Source: a virus
Taxonomy: Duplodnaviria; Caudoviricetes
Reading direction: 5' to 3' (one strand)
IMG/VR virus record: IMGVR_UViG_3300033066_000276
Span: 16,097-80,096 of that record
Length of the DNA stretch: 64,000 nucleotides
This document shows, in pieces, positions 27,801 to 36,925 of the stretch. A program made the position numbers and the translations under genes. The notes below the pieces were generated by a model. The model was given only the letters and a program-made list of their open reading frames with translations, did not search any database and was not told the origin of the DNA. The stretch's first letter is position 1. Each line of letters starts with the position of its first letter.

Positions 27801-28319
27801 AGCTCCATCGACAATGTAGTCAATCGACAATTGCGGGAACAGTGTCTTGAGTTTGAGGTTCTCAATCGACTTGACGAAAACCTTGAGCACCTCTTCATCG
27901 TTGACACCACTCAACGAGAAATCTGAGAACGGCAAGTTAGACATCAGGTCGGCAGCGGAGCCGGCAATGGTGTCGTGGTAGTACATATCTCGAGCCAGCT
28001 TACGGATAACCTGTGGCTTCGAGGTGACGATACCTTCAATGACGTCCGCTTCGTACTGGCCGACGATGGCAGAACCACCGAGTCCAGTCTTGCTCGAATT
28101 AACGTCAACCCCACCCGCCGCCGCAACTTCGGCCATGTACGGATCGGTGTATGCTTCCTCACGAGAGTTGGCAAGCACCTTCTGATCTGGCTTGCCGGTA
28201 ACAGCTACAGATGAACGTTCGCCCCCGCCGCCGTAGCCAAGCTGGGAGTTAAAAGTAACCAAGCGTTGTTTGCCTTGACGGTCTTTGTAAAGGCCGACTT
28301 CTGATGTACGTTTGAGCAT
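24867..28319 (-). CDS. Portal protein containing an intein
   Basis: Next to the terminase; IRKLARDMYYHDTIAGSAADLM, YIVDGAFVG, RQRAILHITMG, LGINETFLSGEASY are portal-like segments. Confidence 0.85.
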   Translation of the reverse strand: MLKRTSEVGLYKDRQGKQRLVTFNSQLGYGGGGERSSVAVTGKPDQKVLANSREEAYTDPYMAEVAAAGGVDVNSSKTGLGGSAIVGQYEADVIEGIVTSKPQVIRKLARDMYYHDTIAGSAADLMSNLPFSDFSLSGVNDEEVLKVFVKSIENLKLKTLFPQLSIDYIVDGAFVGTFSFNKSRGIFSNVVTHNQDNLEFLDTPIYGMDPIIDMKVPKNLVELFNSKDDRAKKALKNLPEFYKQAVQGASTGGSNRGGGGRGGGNRIALDPASTVYIGRKTFSYSSIGTSAFRRLIPLWIMEKALMRGTMEQAYARQRAILHITMGDEVWEPTDQEMQAGANLFATANLDPTGAVVVTRQGVLTNEVRRGDDLWKHCLAGDTLIPTEEGIFRIDELEDRINNSSKPLRILGGKGPAKVAEWTNAGKKPVFKYRTANGQTITATKEHRFMVLENNEVVWKKGKDLQLGDLLCATTDSLTRQSEYKLPPFEANEYGNEKELRFPKYMNTDLAFILGLMVSEGSFDKTQSHFGNSNKKLADRFATIMLEQFGIEARRGTRPPGIESAGMTSTKEFYDVGYCSTLLSKFWTHIGLKNHRKKKSPSYYKEVPYTVLQANEECQLAYLAGYIEGDGTISETNISIASSSKKNLRQMQTMMASHGCLSHIHNNVLTFNRGATHSLNSKLQPFLTHKIKEVATPQWPQHTAGIPTAGIRAFLNGRKVGRRVGVILRTDDGKDIEVEGYNIFNRELRAFWSYDNYVDGEYDQQLSILKQVSPTEHAKVIALFERKFFFTELKEITKGKIVSTYDLTMAKGEENSFVANGIVVHNSDVYDYLAAAKLKGLGINETFLSGEASYNTLETALSVFMEQLRSYRQMVTRELFYDKLFPSIAVANNFKNEDGGRSFKAHGSLSKSERARLRRRGEYISPYRRPIWGSRGTYIMKNRNGDYMALCDGSLGHDLNEIEDITEYQIPTVNWHKQLQPQADEAYLNILQIMTQNGVPVPLRMIAAAGGMNLDQVMDQFDDDLQTRKDVSKQLARLEKFMPQQPGMEQANLSEADRREMNAALQSFGRTYAKMKKPRGEFDTDRYRVYERDSRGQRRIATSSYQKRLEEKQNKKIAAALLELASGGGKLNKREIKRLAMRTPSAFGVTE
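25845..27191 (-). mobile_element. Intein (449 aa) with LAGLIDADG homing endonuclease, in portal
   Basis: Begins CLAGDTLIPT, ends SFVANGIVVHN, followed by Ser; LAFILGLMVSEG and YLAGYIEGDG motifs. Confidence 0.95.
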
Positions 28320-28346
28320 GTTGATCTTTCGCCGTTACCGTGGAGC

Positions 28347-28598
28347 TTACTTCTCGCGGACAGGAATACAAATTCGATTTTGTTGATCGATGTAGACAGG
28401 AATCTTCGCGCCGCCTACGCCACCGGCGTTGGCTTTCAGCATGGGGGAACCGTCGATTGGAGAGCGTGGTGTCTCGCCATAGTTCTGCGCCATAACAGCA
28501 CCAGAAGCCGTTTCCTTAGTACGTTTGGAGAACGGAGAGATAAGGCTCTCGTTTGATTTCTTTTTCACTAGGTTGCCTCTTGTTTTGGGTTGCGGCAC
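28347..28598 (-). CDS. Small hypothetical protein between terminase and portal
   Basis: 83 aa ORF filling the gap. Confidence 0.5.
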   Translation of the reverse strand: MPQPKTRGNLVKKKSNESLISPFSKRTKETASGAVMAQNYGETPRSPIDGSPMLKANAGGVGGAKIPVYIDQQNRICIPVREK

Positions 28599-28615
28599 TC
28601 GATGGTGAATTAGTA

Positions 28616-31600
28616 TTACAGCGTCTTACTAGCGCCAATACCAACAGCGGAACGACCTCCGCCAGTAGCACTGCCAGACACCATTACACCCATCCCGGAA
28701 ACACTTTGAACCCCTGCCGCTCCACCAATGAAGCCAAAGCTGCCAAAGCGTTTGGCTGTCTCGCCAGCGAACTTGGGAGCAAGGTCTTTATCGCGTAGGA
28801 AGGAGTGGGCTAGCACTACGGCTCGGAAGATATCGTCGGTAGTTGACTCACCCTTCTCAACCGAAGTCTCAAAGTCACGCACCGTCATGATCTGAGCGAT
28901 CAAGTGCGCCACCGGCTTGCCTTCAAAGCCTTTTGGATAGCTCTCGTCAATCAAGTCGAGAATCTCAGGGATCTTGACTTCGCAGCGAGGGAAGCTGATA
29001 GTGGCGTCGTGAATGTCTTCACGCAGCATTTCAAAGTCTTCGTACTTGACCGTGTACTCGCGGGTGTCCACTCGACGATCAGTCTCAATGTCCATTAGGA
29101 TCTTCTTCGACTGCCATCTATCTGTGACCGCCATGATGACGTTGAACTCATCGATCAACGGTAGCAGGATTCGGTCATACACGTCTCTAAAGTTGATGCG
29201 ATGGTCCTTCTGTGGGATCACTTCGCCAATAGCGTCAATCACCGGCGACAGAGCCTTGTCATTGTGCGCTACACAGAAGGCAAAGCTGTTTCCCGTTAGG
29301 ATATAGTCTTCCAACACGAAGGAGTGAGTGTCAGGAATCTCCGCACAGTAAACCTTCTCACGGCGTTTGGTTTTATTTATTGACTCTACTGTCCACTTGG
29401 TTCTAGTGTTGAAATCCTTAGTGTTGTTGACGAAGCGTTCTCTATGTTGTGGGTTAAGCAACAACTCAGCCGAGAATGTCTCCCGCAGGAAGAAGAGCTT
29501 ATAGCACTTGAACATCTTGCCATTGAAAGGATTGACTGTTTCTTGACAAGTAATCGGACTGGTGGCTACACCAAGCTTATTACAGACGTCTCTCAGCTTG
29601 CGGAGATTTTTCTTGGTGATGCTGTTTATCATCACCTTGCCATCCTTATCAACACAGCCATCGGTAGCAATGTATCCCGCGATGAATCCTCGCAAATACG
29701 AGTCATCATATCTTGGTGATGGTACACTTTTGTATTCAATTGGAAGGTGAGTAATGACTATCTCATTCTTTGGATATTCACCACGCTCTTGCCAATACTT
29801 TCCTCTTGCACGATACCTCTCAAAGTAAGGCAACAAGAAATCAATTTTATGGTAGCAGAGATTAGCTACACTCCAGTGACGTTCCTGGCCCTTACCCCAT
29901 GGACCTAAGTGACCGTCACCCATAACCACACCATGTTCCACTCCACGCGGGTCAATGGACCAATCGCTATTAACAGGCGGCAAAACACTATCGATCTTGT
30001 AGCCCGTCTGTAACGTTTCGGTAGTAAGCTCCTTACGGGTACGATTCTTATCGAAGGCAAACCATCTATGGTTTCCAGTTACACGGATTACCTTCTTAGC
30101 TCCATTGAAGCTAAGCTCTAATTCGTACAGTTCGGCTTTGCCGTAGCATTTGAACTCAGTCTTAACCCATTTTGATCCTTCGGTAAGGACTTCTACCGAC
30201 TTACCAATAAGACGATCGATACGTTTTGTCCCGTTACGGGTAATAACCTTTGTCTCACCAGCGAAACAATTGTGAGTTTCACCAGCGTCGAAGGTCAGGA
30301 TGTGATTGGTTTTGGTGCCTGGGGAAATGATCTTGGCCTTACCAGACGTCATCACCGCGTTGGCTCGCGTTTGCACCAACACTTGCTTGATCTTGAGCAG
30401 GTTCTCACGATGCGGGTCGAGGCACTTCTTAACGAAATTGATATCCCCGATGAAGCCAGCAGACGACAGCGGTGGCTTGGCACCGTAATCTCGCATGGCC
30501 TTTTCGTAGTTTTCCGCGAACTCTTCCGCCAGCACCTTGCGGCTAACCTTGGGGTTCATTTCCCAAGTAGCATAGCGGAAGCCGTACACCATACGGCTCT
30601 TCTTCGATTGGTTGTAGAGCTTGGTGATTTTATCGTAGCGACTCGACGGCGATGAGATGTTGAGGAACATCGGGGCCGGAATAGAGTTCATGCCCTTCTT
30701 CCGCAGTGTGGCATGAGCCGCACGCAGGGTAAGGAAGGACCGTCGCATAGCTTTGTGGACTTCGTCGGCGTTTAGTTTCACGGCTCCATCGTTACCAGTG
30801 AACCAGCCGATTTCGTCGATACCTCCAAGGTAACGAGTTAGACCACGCAGGGTACGCATGTTCGGGCCTGACACCGATCCAATCAGGTTCCTGTGGCGAT
30901 ACCAGTAGTACGTGTCCTTGAGCGAATAGTATTCGATACCGGTTTTCTCATGCCAGTAATCGAGCATCTTATGGTAGTTCTTATACCACGGACCTTCCGT
31001 CAACGCTTGGTAAATTGGATCCCAAATCGTCTTACGAGCTTGATCTTGTGTGGTCGCCAGGAAGGTTGCGCCAAGCTGCTGATTCTTCAACAGCCCGAAG
31101 AACTGTGAAGGGTTGGGCAACTTGAGGAAGAGGTGATTGGTGTAGGATGTGACCATGCCGGTGACGGCAGACTTACCACCACGCTGTCCAGCGAGGCCCG
31201 CCATCTCATAGTGATCGTTCAGATCACCTTCGGCCACCATGTCTGACTTGCGACCATCGCACTGTGGACAGATGCCGTTCTCAAGCAAGACAACGTGTTC
31301 AAGGTAGGCGGGAACTTTGGTCTTGACCGACACGCTACCGTCGAGCCATTTCATGTCCGTGCAGTACGGGCAATACTCTGACATTAGGTTCACGGCGATC
31401 TCGAACTGACGGCCAAACGGCGTCATGTTCTGATACATCTTCGAGCAAGTGAACTCGTAGAAGTTTTTAGCCTGTGGGAAGTCACCGTCGTCGATGCTCA
31501 TGTCTGGCATCGAACCGGCGTTCTTGACTATATCGAGAACGTACTTCTCAACGTCGAAGTTTATGTCATCGTCGCTGGTCTTTGGTTCCCACGGCTGAAT

Positions 31601-31810
31601 GGTATCTTCTTTGTCTTGCGCCGACTCGGCCATCATACGATCAAGATCGAAGCGCTCACCATCGGCTTCTCGAAAGCGTGAGCACAGGTAGCCGCTAGAC
31701 TTACTCTTGTCAGTGCAAATCGGCCACAGGGCACAGGTTAGGCAATTTTCCTCAAGACTTGGACGAAGACTTCTTCCTAGCTTTAATCGGATACGACGGC
31801 GTTTTTCCAT
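28616..31810 (-). CDS. Terminase large subunit containing an intein
   Basis: Walker A AGQRGGKS, Walker B GGIDEIGWF, RNase H-like nuclease ILTFDAGETHN|SFAF and C-terminal DDIFRA; N-terminal Cys clusters; exact start uncertain. Confidence 0.92.
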   Translation of the reverse strand: MEKRRRIRLKLGRSLRPSLEENCLTCALWPICTDKSKSSGYLCSRFREADGERFDLDRMMAESAQDKEDTIQPWEPKTSDDDINFDVEKYVLDIVKNAGSMPDMSIDDGDFPQAKNFYEFTCSKMYQNMTPFGRQFEIAVNLMSEYCPYCTDMKWLDGSVSVKTKVPAYLEHVVLLENGICPQCDGRKSDMVAEGDLNDHYEMAGLAGQRGGKSAVTGMVTSYTNHLFLKLPNPSQFFGLLKNQQLGATFLATTQDQARKTIWDPIYQALTEGPWYKNYHKMLDYWHEKTGIEYYSLKDTYYWYRHRNLIGSVSGPNMRTLRGLTRYLGGIDEIGWFTGNDGAVKLNADEVHKAMRRSFLTLRAAHATLRKKGMNSIPAPMFLNISSPSSRYDKITKLYNQSKKSRMVYGFRYATWEMNPKVSRKVLAEEFAENYEKAMRDYGAKPPLSSAGFIGDINFVKKCLDPHRENLLKIKQVLVQTRANAVMTSGKAKIISPGTKTNHILTFDAGETHNCFAGETKVITRNGTKRIDRLIGKSVEVLTEGSKWVKTEFKCYGKAELYELELSFNGAKKVIRVTGNHRWFAFDKNRTRKELTTETLQTGYKIDSVLPPVNSDWSIDPRGVEHGVVMGDGHLGPWGKGQERHWSVANLCYHKIDFLLPYFERYRARGKYWQERGEYPKNEIVITHLPIEYKSVPSPRYDDSYLRGFIAGYIATDGCVDKDGKVMINSITKKNLRKLRDVCNKLGVATSPITCQETVNPFNGKMFKCYKLFFLRETFSAELLLNPQHRERFVNNTKDFNTRTKWTVESINKTKRREKVYCAEIPDTHSFVLEDYILTGNSFAFCVAHNDKALSPVIDAIGEVIPQKDHRINFRDVYDRILLPLIDEFNVIMAVTDRWQSKKILMDIETDRRVDTREYTVKYEDFEMLREDIHDATISFPRCEVKIPEILDLIDESYPKGFEGKPVAHLIAQIMTVRDFETSVEKGESTTDDIFRAVVLAHSFLRDKDLAPKFAGETAKRFGSFGFIGGAAGVQSVSGMGVMVSGSATGGGRSAVGIGASKTL
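29288..30268 (-). mobile_element. Intein (327 aa) with LAGLIDADG endonuclease, in terminase nuclease domain
   Basis: Begins CFAGETKVIT, ends SFVLEDYILTGN, followed by Ser; HGVVMGDG and FIAGYIATDG motifs. Confidence 0.95.
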
Positions 31811-32390
31811 TAGGGCTGCTCTGCTGCATTAACCGGGCTACCATAGACGCCAGTGCATCCTTGGCTTGCGCCGGTGTGAATTCTGTAAGCATAGCTAGGT
31901 TGCGAATCCTAGCGCGTGCTTTAGGCCCTAAATTGGTGTCTTTGAGCAGCATGTCGAGGACTTCAATACGGGCAATTCGACGCCCCGTAGCCTCTACTTC
32001 GGCCATTTCGAGCCCTATTGGGATATTCATTTGGGTGGCAAAGACCTTGTTTGCCTGGGCTACACCCTCCATTTGAGCGTATAGACGAATAGTTAGATCA
32101 AGCGCCCGATCTCTAGTCGTGGCGACTGTGGTTTCCCAGATGCGGAATAGCGGCCCTTGGTCAACGTTGTCTTCAAGGTTGGCAAAATACTTCGCCAACC
32201 GCTTGCGTTCTCGCAGCAGACTCTTTTGTAGTTTAGTCTTCGAGGTAGTCGTCGAGGCTTTCGTCTTGTTCTTCTTTCGGTCGCTTCTTGGACCCACCCT
32301 TACCCCCTTTTCCTTTCTTTCCTCCTTCACTTCCTCCGTTACCTTTGACATAGCTTTCAAATCCTTTGAGTTCTTCCTCGGTCGGGTCAC
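31752..32390 (-). CDS. Hypothetical helical protein upstream of terminase (small-terminase candidate); start uncertain
   Basis: 212 aa ORF overlapping the DnaB tail and the terminase start. Confidence 0.45.
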   Translation of the reverse strand: MTRPRKNSKDLKAMSKVTEEVKEERKEKGVRVGPRSDRKKNKTKASTTTSKTKLQKSLLRERKRLAKYFANLEDNVDQGPLFRIWETTVATTRDRALDLTIRLYAQMEGVAQANKVFATQMNIPIGLEMAEVEATGRRIARIEVLDMLLKDTNLGPKARARIRNLAMLTEFTPAQAKDALASMVARLMQQSSPNGKTPSYPIKARKKSSSKS

Positions 32391-34710
32391 GCACGGTCAT
32401 GGTGCCGTAGTCTTCAGCGAGGTAGAAATTGTAGTCTGGTTGGTTGCGGTTTTTCTGTTGCTGCACGTAGATCATTCCAGCTTCCTTGCTGGCCTTGTCT
32501 CGCACCCAAGTCCACATATTTGAATTATGGACAATCATCCCATTGGCGACAAAACTATCAGTTCCTGGTACTGTCAAGTCATACACAGTCTGCTTACCCA
32601 CATAAGTAACTGATCTTACCGACTGTAGATGGTAGTCGGGACGTTTACGCCATTTGGTCGTGTGCTGGTATTGTTTATTTGGATGGATGCATCGGATATA
32701 CTTATTCCATAGCTCTAAATTGGCAATGCCTGCTACTTCAAATGACCAGCCACTACTCCAGGTTTTCTCAACCTTCTTCTCCTCACCATTTTGCTTAGCG
32801 TAGATTCCTAATCGTTGTAGCAATAAGCGAAAACGATGGCTCATCTCTTTTGATGTAGTAGAGAAAGCTTTTCTGTCTATCCCACTACCGCCATCACAAT
32901 CATATAGAGCACCAAGGCACTCACCTACTATATTTCGCGGTGATTGCATGACTACATCAGGGATATATTTGCTGTTGGCTTTGCCTGTTAAACCAGGGAT
33001 TGAGGCAAGTATCTCACTTACTTGCTTTTTGTAGACAACAACCCCACCCTTAACAGGAGAAGGTGTTATGCCAAACACTTTTTCAAAGCATCGAACGTAG
33101 TCTGCAATTAGTATTGGATTATGGTTGGCGAAATGTACTCGCCAACGTTTTTGCTCGTTACAGATATGACCGTCACCAATCAAATATCCAATCAACCGTG
33201 CAAACTCCTTGTTCATTCGCTTTGGAACTTTGACTCGTTGAGATCTATCAAATTTGTGTCTGTATTCTACTTGAAGTCTCATCTGACTACGAGGCCAAAT
33301 GTACTGTTGATTGAAGATAATATGGTCAGTAGGCTGTAGCTTCTTAAGCTCCCTCCACTCTACACCCTTTATCCCCATCACTGCAAAGCGGTGGTTTCCC
33401 GTTGCTGTAATCTCTACGCCGCGCTCTGTTACCAGCTTGTAGACTGGTTTCTTTCCGTTATTGTGGGCACGAAGAGCTATTCCAACGCCATTTTGTGACG
33501 TTACCATTTCTTGAATGTGTCGGTTGCCAGGTTCGTCCATAGCAACCAAATCTTGAATTGGGATAACGCCATTGGGTGTATCAATCAACGTGTTTCCAAT
33601 AACGCAAGCGTGTTCCTTCATGCCCTTTGAATAGCGAATGATCCCTTCTTCGCTAAGCTGCGCTAGAACCACAACAATGCAGCGGTTGGCTTCGGCGAAG
33701 CGTTTGCAGAAACGAGCAATATCCGACAGCTTGCGCCATTGATCGTCTGTACTTGCACCCTTCAAGAGGTTGATGTAGTCGATGATAATGACAGGGTAGC
33801 TGAACGGCTTGAGTCGGAACAGCGTTTCCTCGATGGTCAAGTCCTCATCGGGGATCATGTGGGTTTCGACTGAACCACGCTTCTTCAGGTCGGCCGTGTA
33901 TTCCTTCCACGCACGAGTGAGCTTCTTCACCTCCTTACGAGTGAGGTCAGCCGGTCGCAACATACGTTCGAGCGGAATCTTAGTCAGATACGACATACGC
34001 CGCATCATCATTTCCGTCTCGTTCATTTCAAGGCCGACGATGCAGGTCCGGTAGCCTTGCTTGGCCCAATTGTGCGCCAGCACTTGTGCAAGAGTTGACT
34101 TACCGCCGCCGGTGTTGGCTGCAATTAGAAACAAACCGCCCAGCGGTATCCCGGCTGAGCGGCGGTCGAAACTATCGAATCCTGTAGGGATAAAGCGAGT
34201 AGCTGTACCCTTTAGAAAGTCCCTGAGTATCTTCTTGGTGTTGTTATTGTCACCGTAATTGAACATCGTCTCACGGTTGCCGGTTGAGTTGGCTTCCATG
34301 AGTTTCACGCTGATCTTCGCCAGCATGTCATCGATGTCTACGGTTTCACCTTTGAGCGCTTCAACGCCTTCACGGTGCATCTCATGCACGAGACGCAAGC
34401 GGCGGAATTCATTAAGCTGGCGGGCAATGGTTGTGGCTCGCTTCTTGCTGCGAATCCTAACCTTCTGCACCTTACGCAGCTTCGCTCTTACCCGTTCGGG
34501 GAGCTTGGTATCATGGCAGATAGTATCGTAGTCGGGGCGAGCACCTGTGTTCCGCATGATCGTAGTGATGCGACGGAAGACAGCTTTGCCAGTTGATGTC
34601 TGAAAGTGGTTTTCGTTACATAGACCTAGCAGTACGTTGGCACTGTGTTCGTGTTCGCCAACCATCGCGCGAACAGCTTTAAGCTCCAAAGAAATGTCGA
34701 ACAGTTTCAC
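32233..34710 (-). CDS. dnaB: Replicative DnaB-like helicase containing an intein
   Basis: Walker A AANTGGGKST, VGLEMN, IIIDYINLL, VVLAQLS, RYSKGMKEHA|SN, KNRN arginine finger; acidic C-terminal tail. Confidence 0.92.
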   Translation of the reverse strand: MKLFDISLELKAVRAMVGEHEHSANVLLGLCNENHFQTSTGKAVFRRITTIMRNTGARPDYDTICHDTKLPERVRAKLRKVQKVRIRSKKRATTIARQLNEFRRLRLVHEMHREGVEALKGETVDIDDMLAKISVKLMEANSTGNRETMFNYGDNNNTKKILRDFLKGTATRFIPTGFDSFDRRSAGIPLGGLFLIAANTGGGKSTLAQVLAHNWAKQGYRTCIVGLEMNETEMMMRRMSYLTKIPLERMLRPADLTRKEVKKLTRAWKEYTADLKKRGSVETHMIPDEDLTIEETLFRLKPFSYPVIIIDYINLLKGASTDDQWRKLSDIARFCKRFAEANRCIVVVLAQLSEEGIIRYSKGMKEHACVIGNTLIDTPNGVIPIQDLVAMDEPGNRHIQEMVTSQNGVGIALRAHNNGKKPVYKLVTERGVEITATGNHRFAVMGIKGVEWRELKKLQPTDHIIFNQQYIWPRSQMRLQVEYRHKFDRSQRVKVPKRMNKEFARLIGYLIGDGHICNEQKRWRVHFANHNPILIADYVRCFEKVFGITPSPVKGGVVVYKKQVSEILASIPGLTGKANSKYIPDVVMQSPRNIVGECLGALYDCDGGSGIDRKAFSTTSKEMSHRFRLLLQRLGIYAKQNGEEKKVEKTWSSGWSFEVAGIANLELWNKYIRCIHPNKQYQHTTKWRKRPDYHLQSVRSVTYVGKQTVYDLTVPGTDSFVANGMIVHNSNMWTWVRDKASKEAGMIYVQQQKNRNQPDYNFYLAEDYGTMTVRDPTEEELKGFESYVKGNGGSEGGKKGKGGKGGSKKRPKEEQDESLDDYLED
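32524..33606 (-). mobile_element. Intein (361 aa) with LAGLIDADG endonuclease, in DnaB
   Basis: Begins CVIGNTLIDT, ends SFVANGMIVHN, followed by Ser; LIGYLIGDG and LGALYDCDG motifs. Confidence 0.95.
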
Positions 34711-34711
34711 G

Positions 34712-35290
34712 TTAAATTTGCTCTGGTCTTCTAGTTAGCAACGGTGTGCCGCGTGTGAAGTATGCAAGTCGCTTTACCGGGATGAACAAATTGTTGTGAG
34801 CAAAATGTACCGGATCAGCGCCGACCACAACGAGGATTACAGGGCAGTTTAGCTCCGCTAGAATGTCGCGCGCCTTCTCGAACACAGGTCCGGTTGAGTT
34901 CTGATACAGACCCCATAGCACGAACAGGCTTGGTTCGTGTTCAATCACTTCATCTAGGACAGGGTTGTCGAAGCCACCACGCACGCGCCGCCAACGTATC
35001 TCACCTTGTTGGTTGGCAGCAAGACGTAGCGCCAGCTTCAACGGTAGGTCATCGCTTTCACGACCACCAAGAATAGTAACCCCACTCAGAGGTTCTTTTC
35101 CCTCCAAGTGGGGCGCCAGTTTGTCGGCTTGCTTAGATGCAGTGATAGAAGGCTTCCCGTGAATGTCAATGTCGCCGAGACGTGGCCGCAGTTTGAACGT
35201 GCGAAAACCAAGCTTCCGCATCGGTGCGCCAGCGAAGCTCAAACGCATACGCTCTTCATGGGTCAGCGCTGTAACGTCGCCCTTATTCAT
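34712..35290 (-). CDS. Hypothetical protein, possible degenerate helicase-loader / P-loop fold
   Basis: Directly upstream of DnaB with alpha/beta alternation; no intact Walker A. Confidence 0.3.
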   Translation of the reverse strand: MNKGDVTALTHEERMRLSFAGAPMRKLGFRTFKLRPRLGDIDIHGKPSITASKQADKLAPHLEGKEPLSGVTILGGRESDDLPLKLALRLAANQQGEIRWRRVRGGFDNPVLDEVIEHEPSLFVLWGLYQNSTGPVFEKARDILAELNCPVILVVVGADPVHFAHNNLFIPVKRLAYFTRGTPLLTRRPEQI

Positions 35291-35556
35291 TGAGATGACA
35301 CTATCACTTTTCCGCTTTTGTCTACCACTTCCATACGGTCAAAGACGATAGCTTGTCTCATGTAGACGCGCATCGTATCGCCTTCGTACTTGTCTACAAC
35401 ATTCAAGTTGCGAGCATTGAGGTAGCCATTCTTAAGGTCCAAGTCAGGCTCCGCCCGAAGGAAGCTTTGCACAGCCATCTCTGATGCAACCATAATGTTT
35501 GGCGCATGTCCTTGCCACTGCAAGCTGTCATCCCACCAAACTTGAAATTCAGCCAT
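35287..35556 (-). CDS. Hypothetical protein
   Basis: 89 aa ORF coupled to neighbours. Confidence 0.5.
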   Translation of the reverse strand: MAEFQVWWDDSLQWQGHAPNIMVASEMAVQSFLRAEPDLDLKNGYLNARNLNVVDKYEGDTMRVYMRQAIVFDRMEVVDKSGKVIVSSQ

Positions 35557-35607
35557 ACTTCACCTTTACCAATGCGGTTGGCCTCGTCTCCGAGGCCAAC
35601 CTTGGTT

Positions 35608-35910
35608 TCAGTCACCACTGTTCAGGAGTGCCTTGACGACCCACATGACTGAGTCTTCAAGCTGGCGAATACCGTGGCTGACGTTGGAGCCACGTGCGCG
35701 ATTGCCGTCAGACCGGGTATGCACCGGCGACACCTTGTAGTAGAGCAGCAGCAGTTCGACCGCTTTGGTTTTGATCTCATCGGCCAGTGCCAGTTTGTCT
35801 TCCGACGGTTTGCCGTAGGCGCGTGCGAACACTTGTTCGGCTGCGATCACGTCTTCAATCGAGACGTTGTGTTTGGCTGCCAGAGCTTGGCGTCGTTGTT
35901 CGTCACTCAT
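35608..35910 (-). CDS. Acb2/Tad1-like helical hairpin protein (putative immune-signal sponge)
   Basis: F..AYGKPSEDK...EIKTKAVEL...SP...R..SHGIRQLEDSVMWVVKAL fits the family pattern F.Y..P...q...ir..a..l....P.sRe.slA.t.LEeavMWa.kai as I recall it. Confidence 0.55.
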   Translation of the reverse strand: MSDEQRRQALAAKHNVSIEDVIAAEQVFARAYGKPSEDKLALADEIKTKAVELLLLYYKVSPVHTRSDGNRARGSNVSHGIRQLEDSVMWVVKALLNSGD

Positions 35911-36173
35911 GTCTTTTCCTTCTTCGCTTTGAACGCTCGCAGATTCGCGACCGCTTCTTCAATAATACGATCCGTGTCGTCGATATGGGCAAGTCTCAGG
36001 CTTGAATGATTGTCAAGAACATCATCTACCTGAATACGTCGGTGGGCGATAACCTTGCCGTTTTTCAGCTCTCGATTGATAACGCAGAAGATAGGCCAAC
36101 CTTCTTCGGACGTACCGATCTGAAATTTCTCGTAGATGCGGCCTTCTTTGGCCCACATGCGATTAAGATCCAT
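35907..36173 (-). CDS. Hypothetical protein
   Basis: Likely start MDLNRMWAK at 36173. Confidence 0.5.
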   Translation of the reverse strand: MDLNRMWAKEGRIYEKFQIGTSEEGWPIFCVINRELKNGKVIAHRRIQVDDVLDNHSSLRLAHIDDTDRIIEEAVANLRAFKAKKEKT

Positions 36174-36684
36174 TCCATTTGTTCCACAGGTTGACGACCT
36201 TGCAGTCCTTGTTGTTGGCTTCGGCGAAACGGATGCAATTTTCGGTGCCGCCCTTAGATCCATCCCATAAGGCAATTAGTCGGGTTGCTTTCATCACCAT
36301 CCAAGCGTTTCGGTCCTGCAAAGCCTTTGCCACTTTCCAGAATGGAACCTCACCTTTGTCGTCAAACTCAGTGATGTAGTGGATACGTTTGGATTGTACC
36401 AGCAGATCGTTGTAGTATTTCTGACTCTCACGCGGCCACCGTTTCTCTTGACCGTGAAATGGCACCGCAGCAACGAACGGAATCTCAAGGTCAACACAGG
36501 CTTGTGCGAACGCCTGATCCCAACCTAGAGCCATACCGGAGATAGCTCGATAAGGCCGATGCGACTGTAGATATTTCTTCGCCAGTCTAACTAGGTTGGC
36601 ATGTGTTCCGAGAGAATAGCCGCCAAGTTTGTTGGGTCGATGTCCAGTTGCCGCAAAGACTTGACGGCCTACCCACCTAGCCAT
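36163..36684 (-). CDS. YpsA/DUF1273-like SLOG-superfamily protein
   Basis: ATGHRPNKLGGY, ISGMALGWDQ, AAVPFHGQEKRWP, RNAWMV, LWDGSKGGTENCI are diagnostic YpsA/SLOG motifs; likely ATG at 36684. Confidence 0.85.
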   Translation of the reverse strand: MARWVGRQVFAATGHRPNKLGGYSLGTHANLVRLAKKYLQSHRPYRAISGMALGWDQAFAQACVDLEIPFVAAVPFHGQEKRWPRESQKYYNDLLVQSKRIHYITEFDDKGEVPFWKVAKALQDRNAWMVMKATRLIALWDGSKGGTENCIRFAEANNKDCKVVNLWNKWNGS

Positions 36685-36925
36685 AAAGTATGTCTTCCAA
36701 TAGAATACGTTCGGTTGGATCATAATAATCGTTGAGTTCAGGCACGATCTCCGCCACCGCTTCGCAGCTAGCCATGATGGATGAAAGCCAAAGGCCCTTG
36801 CCAGTAGTCCTCCAGGCAAACTCTCGCGCGCGTTGTTCATCAGCAGCTACAAGCGTGAAGCCACGAGTCTCATCGTAGCATTTATTGTAGTCATCCCCCT
36901 TCCTTTTTAGAATCCAAACGCGCAC
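36677..36925 (-). CDS. Conserved phage hypothetical protein
   Basis: GTG start giving MRVWILKR; YD..GFTLVAADEQRAREFA pattern. Confidence 0.5.
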   Translation of the reverse strand: MRVWILKRKGDDYNKCYDETRGFTLVAADEQRAREFAWRTTGKGLWLSSIMASCEAVAEIVPELNDYYDPTERILLEDILYG

